Assembly (NCBI GenBank): GCA_038087875.1
Contig: CM075989.1
Location: forward strand, 2,294,001-2,358,000
Source: Malacoraja senta
Taxonomy: Eukaryota
Direction of reading: 5' to 3'
DNA: 64,000 nucleotides
This document shows, one piece after another, positions 25,110-37,544 of this stretch; position 1 is the first letter of the stretch; each line of letters starts with the position of its first letter. Below the pieces are notes generated by a model, which had not been told where the DNA came from, ran no database searches, and was given only the letters and a program-made list of their open reading frames with translations. The position numbers were made by a program, and so were the translations under genes.

Positions 25110-26420
25110 TCTATACTATTACTAAAACTCTCATCTTGACCACTTCCAGTCTGTGTTGTATATAAATTTGCGCAAAAACGGTACCATATATCACTTGGAT
25201 TGTTTTGCCACCATACTCACCCTTCTCCTCTGCTCCAAGCACACCAAGTTTTGTTTCGATCGGTGGAATATTAAAAAAGTTATGAAGGTTTAAAGAATCG
25301 TGAGATGAGCAGATTGGTCTTCTCGCCTGTCTGTCACCATGAAGGCAACGACCCTTTTGGGGGCGAAGAGAATAAAGCCCCGGAGGCCGGGCGTGAGTCC
25401 AGAAGTCGGGCATGAGTCAGCAAGCCCGGAAGCCCGGAAGTCGTGAGTGAGAGTCGGGTCCAGAAGCCGTGAGTGAGAGTCAGGTCCAGAAGCCGTGAGT
25501 GAGAGTCAGATCCAGAATCCGTGACTGAGTGAACTGTGGCTCCAGAAGCCATGAGTGAGTGAACTGTGAGCCCAGCAGCCATGGCTGAGTGAACTGTGAA
25601 CCCACCAGCTGTGGCTCAGTGAACTGTGAGTCCACCAGCTGTAGCAGAGTGAACTGTGAGGCCACCAGCCATGAGTGAGTCAACTGTGAGCCCACCAGCC
25701 ATGAGTGAGTGAACTGTGAGCCCACCAGCCGTGAGTGAGTGAACTGTGAGCCCACCAGCCATGAGTGAGTGAGTGAACTGAGTCCACCAGCCGTGAGTGA
25801 GTGAACTGTGAGCACCAGCCGTGAGTGAGTGAACTGTGTCCAAGAATCCATTCGGCCCACAATGTCCATACTAGTACTCTGGAAACCAGTCCCTTTGGCC
25901 CACAACACCCATTCTAGCCCTCCAGAAAGCCCCCCCCCCCCACTGGCCACAGCCTGAGGCCGACACTCTCCCCGGCTGCAGAATGCAACAAGAAAGAACA
26001 GACTGAATAAATCTCCTCTTTAACGTTTAAATTGTTGTTATATTTTAAGAGTTATTCACATTTAAAGCTTTAATAAATCCCTTTTCCATTTGCTGTGCCC
26101 GTCAGCTGCGCCTGCGCAGTAATATCTGCGTGTTCTATGTCACAATGGGAACCCAATGGGCGGGAATGGCTGTGCCGCCGGAGAGCCGCTAAGAATGGAT
26201 GGAAGGGGGGGGGTTGAGGGGGGGATGGAGTGAGTGCGTGCGGGGGAAGGGCAAGGGCGGAGTGTGGGGGTTGAGGGGAGGAGGGGGGATCAGGGGCGTC
26301 ACAACGGGAACCCGTCAGCCGTGCCTGCGCAGTTGTGGGCTATGCGTGAGTGGTGGAATATTGCGTTGGGGGACCAGGCCTCCCGTGTGAGAATGGGTCC
26401 CAACGGGTTCCACAGTCTAG
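25110..26420 (+). mobile_element. Non-autonomous Helitron
   Basis: A|TCTATACTATTA 5' end; subterminal hairpin TGGGTCCC-AAC-GGGTTCCA (26394-26412); CTAG|T 3' end; no TSD. Confidence 0.75.
25430..25838. repeat. ~30-bp minisatellite inside the Helitron
   Basis: Unit GTGAGTGAGTGAACTGTGAGCCCACCAGCC, grading into shorter variants. Confidence 0.9.
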
Positions 26421-28031
26421 TTGCTCAATGAGTCCACACTGACCGCTCACACTAGTTATATGTAATCACACTTTCACATCCAGGGACAATTTACAGCGGC
26501 CGTTTCATCTTTGGGACGTGGGAGGAAACCGGAGCACCTAGAGGAAACTCACGCAGTCACAGGAAGAATGTGCAAACTCCACACAGACAGCACCTAAGGC
26601 CAGGACCATGAAGCCGTGAGACAGCGTCTCTACCATCTGTAACACTGTCCCGTCATGTACATTAGTTTACAATTCCCTGCAGGGAAGTGGCTGGAATTTT
26701 ACACTAAAGACAACATTTTAACATCAGCTGGAGGAGGGAAATAATTGGAACCTTCTCGAGATATGTTGAGTCTGAAGAAGGGTCCTGACCCGAAAAGTCA
26801 CCTAGAGTCTGAAGAAGGGTCCCAACCAGAAGGCCACCTCTCTACTTTCTCCAAGGATGCTGTCTGACCCATTGAGTTACTCCAGCATTTTTTTGGAGAT
26901 ATGTTCTGTTGTTCAAAGACTTGCAGGATGCCACTTTAATGTATTTGGGGAATACCAAGGTAAATACAAGTGTGTAGCAAACTGGATTCGTTGAGTAAAA
27001 AAGGATGCAGAATAATTGCCAAGCAGTCCTGCTCCACGTCTGTGACGGAAGATAGACACAAAAATCTGGAGTAACTCGGTGGTTCATGCAGCATCTCTGG
27101 AGAAAAGAATAGTGATGTTTCAGGTAGAGACCCTTCTTCAGAGTTCTACTTTGCCGAGTGTTGATTGGATGAGGTATTGAGCCTTGTCTGGGTTTCTTCC
27201 AGATTAGGGTAAATGTTTCTGAGTTGGCTTCGTGGAGAAAGTCCTGTTTGAATACAATGTATTGAGCTGCTGTATTATTGGGTTAGGGAAACGTCTGTCA
27301 TGTATGGGGTTAATCGATATCTTTAATAGGATTATGAAGAGACCACCCCCATGTGGACTGGAGAGTCAGGGGAAAAGGGAACGAGATATATAGATGTTAC
27401 TTAGGACAAATTAATGGAAGGCATACAAAAAGCAACGATAATCAAGGAAATATAGAGCCCACAATGTGATGGATCTTTGGGGGGGGGGGGGGGGGGGATC
27501 TCATTGAAACCTGGATAATGAAAAGCCTGGATAGAGTAGGTGTGGAGAGGAAGTTTCCAGTAATGGGAGAGTCTAGAACTAGAGGGAACAGCCTCAGAAT
27601 AGGACGTACCTTTGTAAGAGAGATCTTTAACCAGAGGCTGGCGTGTCTGTGGAATTAATTGCCACAGATAGCTGTGGAGGCCGTCATTGTGTATTTTTAA
27701 AGCAAAGATTGATAGGTTCTTGATTAGTAAGGGCATCAAGATTATGGGAGTAGACAGAATGGGCCTGAGAGAGAAAATTAGATCAGCCATGTTTGAATGG
27801 CAGAGTAGACTCAATGGGCCGAATGGCCTAATTCTGCTCCAATGGTCTTGTGGTCGTATTTACTTTGGTGACTTGCATGGTTGGTTAGAGGGTGGATTGT
27901 CCAGGGTTGTGGCCACTGATGAAAGAAGCAGTCAATCCCTTTGCCCAATGTCCGGCCATGCTGTACCATCTGGTCTGGATATGGAGGGCCAGTCTTACAG
28001 CTTCTCCAACTCCTGCACTCCCTGCACTCAC

Positions 28032-28081
28032 TGTGCAGAGACTGGGCAGCAGGTGGTCCAGCCCTTAGACCCCCCGGCAGC
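28032..28081 (-). pseudogene. Candidate exon (50 nt): GCRGV*GLDHLLPSLCT, or open alternative LPGGLRAGPPAAQSLH
   Basis: Acceptor ACACTCAG, donor ACA|GTGAGT. Confidence 0.35.
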
Positions 28082-28512
28082 CTGAGTGTTGTCAGTGGTA
28101 AAACCGCGTTCAATGTCATTCAGTGATATCTAATGGCACAGCGGTAGAGTTCCTGCCATAGACACAGGGTCAATCCTGTATGGGTGTCTGTACAGAGTTT
28201 GTACGTTCTCCCCGTGACCACGTGGGTTTTCTCCAGGTGCTCCGGTTTCCTCCCACACTCCAAGACGTACAAGTTAGTAGGTTAATTAGCTTCTGGAAAT
28301 TGACCCTGGTATCCAGGATATAATTAGTGTATGGGGTGATTGTTAGTCGCCACGGACTCGATGGGCAGAAGGGCCTGTCTCCAATGATTTATCTCTGAAC
28401 CAAACTAAAAAACTAAACTGAACTATATATTTGAAATGGATCATTCTAAAATATGTAAAACACTTGTTACCAATAAGCGCCTCATATTTCATGAGCTAAA
28501 TCCTGGACTCAC

Positions 28513-28587
28513 CGGAGTTGAGATGGCTTAACCATGGCAGGTCCATTCAGAACCTGAAGCATTTGCCAGCAATCAAGTCCAACAGTT
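28513..28587 (-). pseudogene. Candidate exon (75 nt): ELLDLIAGKCFRF*MDLPWLSHLNS, or open alternative TVGLDCWQMLQVLNGPAMVKPSQL
   Basis: Strong acceptor TTTGCTTCTGATCTTCAG and donor CCG|GTGAGT. Confidence 0.5.
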
Positions 28588-29664
28588 CTGAAGATCAGAA
28601 GCAAATACTGAGGATAGTTAGAGGGTGTCTAACTTGGCAAGGTGTGTTTCATGTCCACAGCTGTCAGACAGTTAGACCAAGTTTCATCAGTTGGATGGCA
28701 AGCAAACACAACGGTAGATGAACCCTCATCCAACCATTCACCCCCACCCCGTCCCCCTCCCACCTATATCACTCAAACCGTCTATACATTTCACATATCC
28801 ACTCTCCTTACCCCAAACCCTTTTGAATTACTTTTATCTCCAGCCTTTGTCACTTAATCCAACCATACGCCATAGTCATAGAGTGATACAGTGTAGAAAC
28901 AGGTCCTATGGCCCAACTTGCCCACACCAACCAACATGTCCCAGCTACACTAGTCCCACCGGCCTGCATTTTCATCCCATAATCCTCCAAACCTGTCCTA
29001 TCCACGCACCTGTCCAAATATCTCTTAAACCTAACAATAGCACCTGCCTTAACCTATTTCCTCTGGTAGCTCATTCCATACTCCCACCACCCTTTGTGTA
29101 AAAAACTTATCCCTCAGGTTCCTATTAAATCTTTCCCACCTCACCTTAAACCTATGTCCTCTGGTTCTCGATTGCAAACATATTCACCTATCGCGCCCCC
29201 ACCTCTCCTCCAAGTTTCCTCCCCGCTCTACAAGCTATCTTGAAGGGCTCTGTCCTAAATCATCGCCTGTGCGCTCCCTCCACCAATGCTGCCAGACATG
29301 CTGAGTTCTCCAGCACTTTGTGCTTTACTTAAGATTCCAGCCTCTGCAGTTCCTTGTGTACCTCTGCATCTCCCTGTCGCTTTAATGCCCGTAGCATGCA
29401 CTGACACCAAGGTCACTCATCACCATCCACCAAACTGACTGGTGTTCGCCCGAGATAGACGCATAGTGCTGGAGTAACTCGGCGGGTCAGGCAGCATCTC
29501 TGGAGAAAAGGAATAGGTGACGTTTCGGGTCGTGCCTTTCTTCAGACTGATGTTCAGACTGGAGAAGGGTTCGTGGGTGGCTAGTGCTCGATACCGCTGC
29601 GTTGACTTTCATCCTGTTATGCCACAAAACATCCTTGAACCTTGCACATGAACTAGAAGCAAGT

Positions 29665-29970
29665 GGGCGGCACGGTGGAGCAGCGGTGGAGTTGCTGCCT
29701 CACAGCGATGCAGTGCCGGAGACCCGGGTTCGATCCCGACTACGGGTGCTGTCTGTACGCAGTTTGTACGTTCTCCCTGTTTTCTCCGAGATCTTTGGAT
29801 TCCTCCCACACTACAAATACGTTTGTAGGTTAATTGGCTTGGTAAATGTAAAAATTGACCCTAGTGGGTGTAGGATAGTGTTAATGTGCGGGGATCGCTG
29901 GTCAGCGCGGACCCGGTGGGCCGAAGGGCCTGTTTCCACGCTGTATCTCTAAACTAAACTAAACTAAACT
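29665..29970 (+). mobile_element. V-SINE/HE1-like SINE
   Basis: Pol III boxes TGGAGCAGCGG and GGTTCGATCC; (CTAAA)n tail. Confidence 0.9.
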
Positions 29971-30010
29971 AGGCATGCACAGGATTTGGAATCCATGGTG
30001 TACTTGGTAC

Positions 30011-30105
30011 CATTGAAGCACTGTGCCCCTACAATCCATGTGCCCCTACTGCCCCGATTCAAGAACACAGGAGCCTGCTCCAGGAGTATTTGTACTCTCA
30101 AGAAT
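30011..30105 (-). pseudogene. Candidate exon (95 nt): FLRVQILLEQAPVFLNRGSRGTWIVGAQCFN
   Basis: Acceptor TTTTTTTTAACACAG, donor ATG|GTACCA; only one frame is open (phase 2 to 1). Confidence 0.45.
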
Positions 30106-31335
30106 CTGTGTTAAAAAAAATGTTCCCTGAATTATTACATTGCTCACAGTTTCAGATATTAAGCCATCACTAATGCGCGATATTTACTGAGCCACTTTGC
30201 CAACCTGCACACTTGTACAGAATAAATCCCTTCCTTAGAGTTGAGGATTAAATGCTAATTTTCTTAGTGATTCGAGTTGCTGCCAGGGTCCCAGACAGGT
30301 GTGAATTGTGACCGATTGAGTAAACACAAGGTGCGGGTAATGAAGTAGGGGTCAGCAACAGATCGTGGGGGCCGGTGGGTTTCAAGGCTGCCCATTTATC
30401 AATCTGGCGCAGATCCGCGGACAGATGGACGCGAGTCTCCGCTGGCCCTGGCGAGGATGAATGGTATCCTTTCATCTCCAGCATCTGGGCACCGGTCCAA
30501 GTGAGACAGATGCAGCAAAAGTCTCCTCTCTCTCTCTGTGGAGGGATCACGCTGGCCGCATGATCCTGGCCGCAGTCCAGTACATTCACAGGATGGAACG
30601 TTCTTTCCCCTGACATCTGGGGAGCGAGCCAAGGGACTATGAGATTGGTTTGTCTCAGGTGAGGTCTCAGGGCAAACACACCGCACAAAACCAGCTCGAA
30701 CACAATAATCGCCCGCTACCAATTGAGCAATCAGTTTGACAGGAGTGACTGGGACTGAGTGGCAATTGTGCCAGTGTCGTCTTTGTGTTCGAGTGTAACG
30801 AGCTTTACTTTGGAGCCACCGCATACATCATGGGCTAGAGCCAGGAAGACACAAGGTAGCAAGGCAGAGAGAGACGTGTGTTGAATGTACAGAGCGCACC
30901 TATTCACAACATGTGAAGCCCACGCTACATCCACAGACAGCTCAATGGATTCATTCACAGAGACAGACAGAAATTGTTACGTTTGGATCGAAGATAGACA
31001 CAAAATGCTGGAGTAACTCAGCAGGACAGGCAGCATCTCTGGAGAGAATGGTTGACGTTTCGGGCCGAGGCACTTCTTTAGTTTACTTTAGTTGAGTCTA
31101 GGGAAACAGTGTGGAAGTAGGCCCAGCACCGACCAGCTAATTCTATCCCACACAGTGGCGACAATTTACAGAAGCCAAGGTGCACAACCTGTACGTATTT
31201 GGAGTGTGGGAGGAAACCGAAACACCCGGAGAAAATCCACGCAGTCACAGGGAAAACGTCCAAACTCTGAACAGACAGCACCCATAGTCAGGATTGAACC
31301 CGGGACTCTGGCTCTGTAAGTCTGTAAATCGACCT

Positions 31336-31345
31336 CACACACACA

Positions 31346-31418
<73 letters not shown>
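31336..31418. repeat. (CA)n(CACG)n(CA)n compound microsatellite
   Basis: Visible tandem repeat. Confidence 0.95.
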
Positions 31419-31420
<2 letters not shown>

Positions 31421-31514
31421 CATAATCACTGACAGATGGAAGGGCACAACACTACACACATGCCTGCTCTCAAGAACACACTCACATATTCAGATGTAGG
31501 CAACAACAAAACAA

Positions 31515-31855
31515 GGGTGGCACGGTGGCGCAGCGGGTAGAGTAGCTGCCATACAGCGCTTACAGCGCCAGAGACCCGATACATTCCCGACTACGGGTGC
31601 TGTCTATACGGAGTTTGTACGTTCTCCCCTTGAACGTACAAACTCCCCTCCCCTGCATGGGTTTTCTCCGAGATCTTCGTTTTACTCCCACACTCCAAAG
31701 ACGTACAGGTTTTTAAGTTAATTGGCTTGGTGTAATTGTAAAATTGTCCCGTGTGTGTGTAGGATAGTGTTAGTGTGCGGGGATCGCTGGTCGGTGCAGG
31801 CTCGGTGGGCCGAAAGGGCCTGTTTCTGTGCTGTATCTCTAAACTAAACTAAAAC
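31515..31855 (+). mobile_element. V-SINE/HE1-like SINE
   Basis: Same family as 29665-29970. Confidence 0.85.
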
Positions 31856-31949
31856 ACCCAGACTATATTTTAAATGTAGTTGCAGATATGGATACAGTCC
31901 ATTTGCTGACTACAAACAAGCATACAGTGGGAGAGAGAAAGAGAGAGAG

Positions 31950-32996
31950 TGGGGGGTCTCGCGGCTCCCGGTGGTGGGCATCATTCGACCCGTCCTACGG
32001 GGCTTGCCTAGTTTTTATCTGGACATGCTAAGAGTGAGGAATTTGGTTGTTTTCAGCCAGCGTGTTGCTCCACGAGGGGAGGGGGATGTTGCGGCTGCGG
32101 GAGTGGCCGGTCCTCACCCTGTCATGGCGGGTGTCGAGGAGAGGCGCGCGCCTAGAGTGGTTCTAACTGAGCTTACCCCCGCTCCGTCAGATTTGCTCAT
32201 CGGGCCTAGGCTCCGGGATATTTCTCGGGCACCAGCTCCACACAACCTGAGCCGTCTTTCTGAGATGACCAGCATGCCGTTTCGTGATGCGAAGAGACGC
32301 ACACTGTACAGAATGTTCCTGCATATTCTGCACCTCCTTGCCTTCGTCTCCCGTCCCGACACACCAGGGCGGACGGTGTTACCACCCGAAGGCGGGGGAG
32401 GTCCCCAGTGTGGGTCCCTCTACAAGGGAGTTGTCCCCCTTTACATTGGGGACCTGGGGTGGAGAATGCTGCACAGAGCGGTGGCGTGTAATAAACTTGT
32501 GAGTCGGTTCACGGGCTCGTCCGCCGCATGTATTTTCTGCGGTGAGGAGGAGACGTGTTCCATGCGTATATGCAGTGTGTGAGGTTACTGCCCCTAGGGG
32601 TTGTTCCTCAAGTTCTGGTTGCATTTTAGTCCCACGATTCTAGTGTTTGGACACAAGGCAGGGAGTGAGAAGAGCCGATCGGGGGGTGGGACTTCCCTGT
32701 CGGTTTGCTCCTGGGCCTGGCCAAGATGGCCATTCGCGGGTCCTAGGCTAGAGTCGGCTGCCTGCCCTCTTCCGGGCCTATGTCCGTGCGCGTGTTTCCC
32801 TGGAGAGGGAACACGCGGTGTCCACGGGGACTCTGGAGGCCTTCCGTGGGCGCTGGTCACCGCGTGGGGTTGACATTATTGTAAACAATGAATGCACTGT
32901 TGTACTATAATGATTATTTGTTATATTGTAATTTCTGATTATGTTTTGATGTGTTGTATCATATGATTGTGTCGAATAAAATTGTTGAAAAAAAAA
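31950..32996 (+). mobile_element. Tx1-clade LINE 3' fragment with poly(A) tail
   Basis: LPSFY, DLGWRMLH.AV..N, CIFCGEEET zinc finger; AATAAA and poly(A); GA repeats on both flanks. Confidence 0.85.
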
Positions 32997-33082
32997 GAGA
33001 GAGAGAGAGAAGCAGTCATATTCCTACAAACTGGCAACACTAGCTGCCAACCAGCTACAATGAGCACTTGCTAAATGAGCAG

Positions 33083-33410
33083 AGGCGGTACGGTGGCACC
33101 GTGCAGCGGTAGAGTTGCTGCCTTACAGCGTTTGCAGCTCCAAAGACCTGGGTTCGATCCCGACTACGGGTGCTGGCTGTACAGAGTTTGTACGTTCTCC
33201 CCGTGACCGTGTGGGTTTTTTCCGAGATCTTCGGTTTCCTCCAACACCTCAAAGACGTACAGGTTTCAGATTTAATTGGTTTGGTAAGTGTAAAAAGGGT
33301 CCCTAGCGGGTATAGGATAGTGTTAATGTGCGGTGATCGCTGGTCGGTGTGGACTCGGTGGGCTGAAGGGCCTGTTTCTGCGCTGTATTTCTAAACTAAA
33401 CTAAACTAAA
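33083..33410 (+). mobile_element. V-SINE/HE1-like SINE
   Basis: Box B GGTTCGATCC; (CTAAA)n tail. Confidence 0.85.
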
Positions 33411-33531
33411 CTTGCTTTTTAAGATGAGGTGTGAAGATTTCCACAGCCAATGGTGCATTTTCTTTAAATATTTCTTTAAGGGTAAAAACTGGATCTATTG
33501 CGGACTTCAACCAGTCCCGTCACCAGCTCAC

Positions 33532-33566
33532 CTTTGATGGAGCTCCACGCTGATACCTGCGCCTTC
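33532..33566 (-). pseudogene. Candidate small exon: (EGA)GISVELHQR
   Basis: Strong donor AAG|GTGAGC in phase 2, matching 30011-30105; the acceptor is weak (33556 or 33566); another strong donor AAG|GTAAGG lies at ~33635. Confidence 0.25.
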
Positions 33567-35952
33567 CTATCACCTGGCTCTACTGTGCTTTGTGTCAGGT
33601 GTAAAAGGAATCTAGTTTGTTTCTTACTCCTTACCTTGAGTGAATAGAACAAGGCTGAACAAACTGGATTGTGTGTACATTTACTGATATTCAAACTCTC
33701 CTGGGTCTCTCCAGCAGACACGGACACTCGGGAGACTCATTATCCCTGAAGTTTTAAACTTTTAACGTTAAATCTTCAGCCAGCCTTTACAAAATGTGTA
33801 GCGATGGAGCTTGCAGAGATGTGATTCAGTGAGTGATACTACAAAGCGTTTCGGAGCTCCTGGCTCCGTTCTATCCGCACCTCAACAGTGGCACAGTGGT
33901 AAAGTTATGGTAATAGATGAAAGGATTGCAATGAAAATCCCTGAAAAATGAGTTCAAATCCCACCTCAAGAACTGGAGATTTTAAATTCATCTAAAAACA
34001 CCCTGGAGCAAAAACTGGCTTTACCGATCCAATTGTTCTAAAACCTTTATGCCCTTTAGAGAAGGAGAGCCGAAACGTCATCTGTCCATTCCCCTGACCC
34101 ACTGCGTTCCTCCAGCATGTTGTTCTATTGAGGAGATCTTCCATCCAGTTGCTGTATATGTGACTCCGTCCATTCTCAACTGCCCTGTGATATGGTCTGG
34201 TGCCCCATTCAGTCCAAGAGGACTTATCCCCCATCCTGGGGTACTGACCAAGATGAGATGGAGGTGAGTGATGGCCTCTTCATGGCTGTGGAAGCAGTGT
34301 CAATGGATATGTTTAAGGCGGAGATTGATAGTTTCTTGATTAGCGCGGGTGTCATGGGTTATGGGGAGAAGGCAGGAGACTGGGGTTGAGAGGGAGAGAT
34401 AGATCAGCCACGATTGAATGGCGGAGTAGACTTGGACCCAATGGCCTATTTCTGCTCCCATCACTTAAGAATTTATGAACCCATCATCCTCGAGAATTTT
34501 CTTGGTTCATATCCAGAAACTTGAACACACAGATCTCCAAGCAACACTGAGGTGCCGTCTTCTGGACTCATCGTTAGACCTTTTCTCCGGAATAAATGTA
34601 AAAGATCAGGCAGCACTATCATGAAGAGTCCTGGCCTGCAATAATTCTGCCGGAGATGGAATCTGGTCATAATCTCCCAGATGTTGCTGTGTACAGATTT
34701 GCTACTGCGTTACCTACTCTCCTATTGTGACTGCATTTGGAAAAGCTTAGCTCTCAAGGGCTTTGAGATGTCACGATGTCATGGAACTGTTTGCTTGTCC
34801 TCTTTCCTTGATCCAAGCACCAATATCTATGTGTACAATGTGGCTGCACCAGGCACGAGTGGGAATGGACAGTACTGGCACAGAAGCAACATTCACATTC
34901 CAGAACAATAATAAAAATACTGAATCTTATACTGAATCATATATATGTATACTGTATACACACACACTGAAGAAGGGTCTCAACCCGAAATGTCACCCAT
35001 TCCTTCTCTCCAGAGATGCTGCCTGTCCCGCTGAGTTACTCCAGCATTTTATGTCTATCTTCAATGGAAGGAAGGTTGGTTTGCGTGATGGTCTGGGCTG
35101 TGTCCACAATTATCTGTAATTGCTAATCTTGAATGGAACTGTTACTTTTCCAAAGCCATGCTGTGAGGCATCACGATATTTTAGCACAGAAGATTGCAAA
35201 CCATCGTTCGTGCCTAAATTCCACACCTTGTGATTTGTTCCGTTCAATCCTTCTCTTTCTTTTTCCTCAGGTGCACAACTATGACACAAGAATGATAGAG
35301 TAGTAGATGAAGAAGAAGGTTGTTTAATGATACAGCGAGTCAAAGATCCACTGGAAAGTTGGACAGAGCAAGTGGAATTCACTCCAGACCAGTTGTGAGG
35401 GGCGCAGTTTAGGAGGTCAAACTCTAGAAGGACATAGAGTAAATAGCAGGGACCTTGGAAGTCATGGAAGTGTTGATGTATGGGATGACCAAAGCTTCCT
35501 GAAGAGGATAGAGTAATGAAGAAGACATTCGGCATGATTGACTTCAAAGGCTTAGGCATTGAGTATAAATGTTTGGACATGATGTTGCAGTTGTACAAAA
35601 TATTGGTTAGATGACAATAAGAGTATTACGCACAGTTCTGGGGCCACATGACAGGAAGACAGCGGCAGCATTAACAAGATTGCAGAGATTCACAGGATGG
35701 GTGTAGGAAGGAACTGCAGATGCTGGTTTAAACCGAAGATAGACACAAAGACTGGAGTAACACAGGCACTATCTGTGGAGTGGAAGAGTGGGTGACATAT
35801 CAGGGTCTGAAAGAAGAATCTGATTCTTCTTTCAGACCTGATACGTCACCCACTCCTTCACTCCACAGATGCTGCCTGTCCCACCGAGTTACTCCAGTCT
35901 ATCTTCACCAGGATGTTGCCTGGAATGGTCTGTAGTTATAAAGAGAAATTGG

Positions 35953-37070
35953 GTGTAGACAAAAATGCTGGAGAAACTCAGCGGGTGAGGCAGCAACTAT
36001 GGAGCGAAGGAATAGGTGACGTTTCGGGATGAGACCCTTCTTCAGACTGATGTGGAGGTGGGGGGGGGGGGGCAGGAAGAAGAAAGGAAGAGGTGGAGAC
36101 AGTGGGCTGTGGGAGAGCTGGGAAGGGGAGGGGAAGGAGGGAGAAAGCAAGGACTACCTGAAATTAGAGAAGTCAATGTTCATACCGCTGGGGTGTAAAC
36201 TGCCCAAGCGAAATATGAGGTGCTGCTCGTCCAATTTATGGTGGTCCTCACTCTGACCATGGAGGAGGCCCAGGACAGAAAGTCGGGTTTGGAATGGGAG
36301 GGGGAGTTGAAGTGCTGAGCCACCGGGAGATCAGGTTGGTTATTGTGAACTGAGCGGAGGTGTTGGGCATAGTGATCGCCAAGCCTACGCTTGGTCTCAC
36401 CGATGTAGAGCAGCTGACACCTAGAACAGCAGATGCAATAAATGAGGTTGGAGGAGATGCAGGTGAACCTCTGCCGCACCTGGAAAGACTGTTGGGTCCT
36501 TGAATGGAGTCAAGGGGGGAGGTAAAGGCGACAAGAAGTGTAGCATTTCCTGCGGTTGCAAGGGAAAGTACCAGGGGAGGGTGTGGTTTGAATGGGAAGG
36601 GACGAATTGACCAGGGAGTTACGGAGGGAGCGGTCTCTGCGGAAAGTTGAAAGGGGAGAGATGGGAAGATGTGGCAAGTGGTGGGGTCCTTTTGGAGGTG
36701 GCGAAAATGTCGGAGGATTATCTGTTGTATGTGATGGCTGGTGGGTGGAAGGTGAGGACAAGGGGGACTCTGTCCTTGTTATGAGTGGGGGGATGGGGAG
36801 TGAGAGCAGAGCTACGGGAATAGAGGAGACCCTGGCGGGAGCCTCATCTATAGTCAGAGAGGGGAATCCTCGTTCCCTAAAGAATGAGGACATCTCCGAT
36901 GCTCTTGTTTGGAACACCTCATCCTGGGTGCAGATGCGGCATAGACGGAGGAATTGGGAGTAGGGGATGGAGTCCTTACAGGAAGCAGGTAAGAAGTGTA
37001 GTCTAGATAGCCATGGGAGTCAGTGGGTTTGTAGTAGATGTCGGTCAGTAGTCTGTTACTTGTGATGGAG
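35953..37070 (-). mobile_element. Penelope-like element (RT C-terminus, GIY-YIG, pseudo-LTR)
   Basis: FTCISSNLIYCICC..CQLLYIGETKRRL; hammerhead motif at 36015-36044. Confidence 0.92.
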
Positions 37071-37344
37071 ATGATTGGGTTGGCTGGGCTTATTGTGACT
37101 GGAATATAGGAGACTGGGACTCCGAGATGTTTACGAAATTCCGCGGGATATAGATGGGATAGTCAGAATCATTTTCTAAGAGTAGCAGAATCTAAAAGGG
37201 CACGGGTTTAAGGTGGGAGGGGAAAGATTTGAAGGAGATTTGAAGGTTAAGTTAATCCATTAGGAGGATGATGAATATTGGATGAAACAACACATAAGTC
37301 AGGCTGTTGTTGTAGACCACAGCTCGGCGTTCAATACCATCATC

Positions 37345-37544
37345 NNNNNNNNNNNNNNNNNNNNNNNNNNNNNNNNNNNNNNNNNNNNNNNNNNNNNNNN
37401 NNNNNNNNNNNNNNNNNNNNNNNNNNNNNNNNNNNNNNNNNNNNNNNNNNNNNNNNNNNNNNNNNNNNNNNNNNNNNNNNNNNNNNNNNNNNNNNNNNNN
37501 NNNNNNNNNNNNNNNNNNNNNNNNNNNNNNNNNNNNNNNNNNNN
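37345..37544. other. Assembly gap (200 N)
   Basis: Run of N. Confidence 1.

Noticed and set aside
25430..25838. CRISPR-like array of ~30-bp repeats
   Set aside because: The units are head-to-tail with no unique spacers, there are no cas genes, and the context is eukaryotic.
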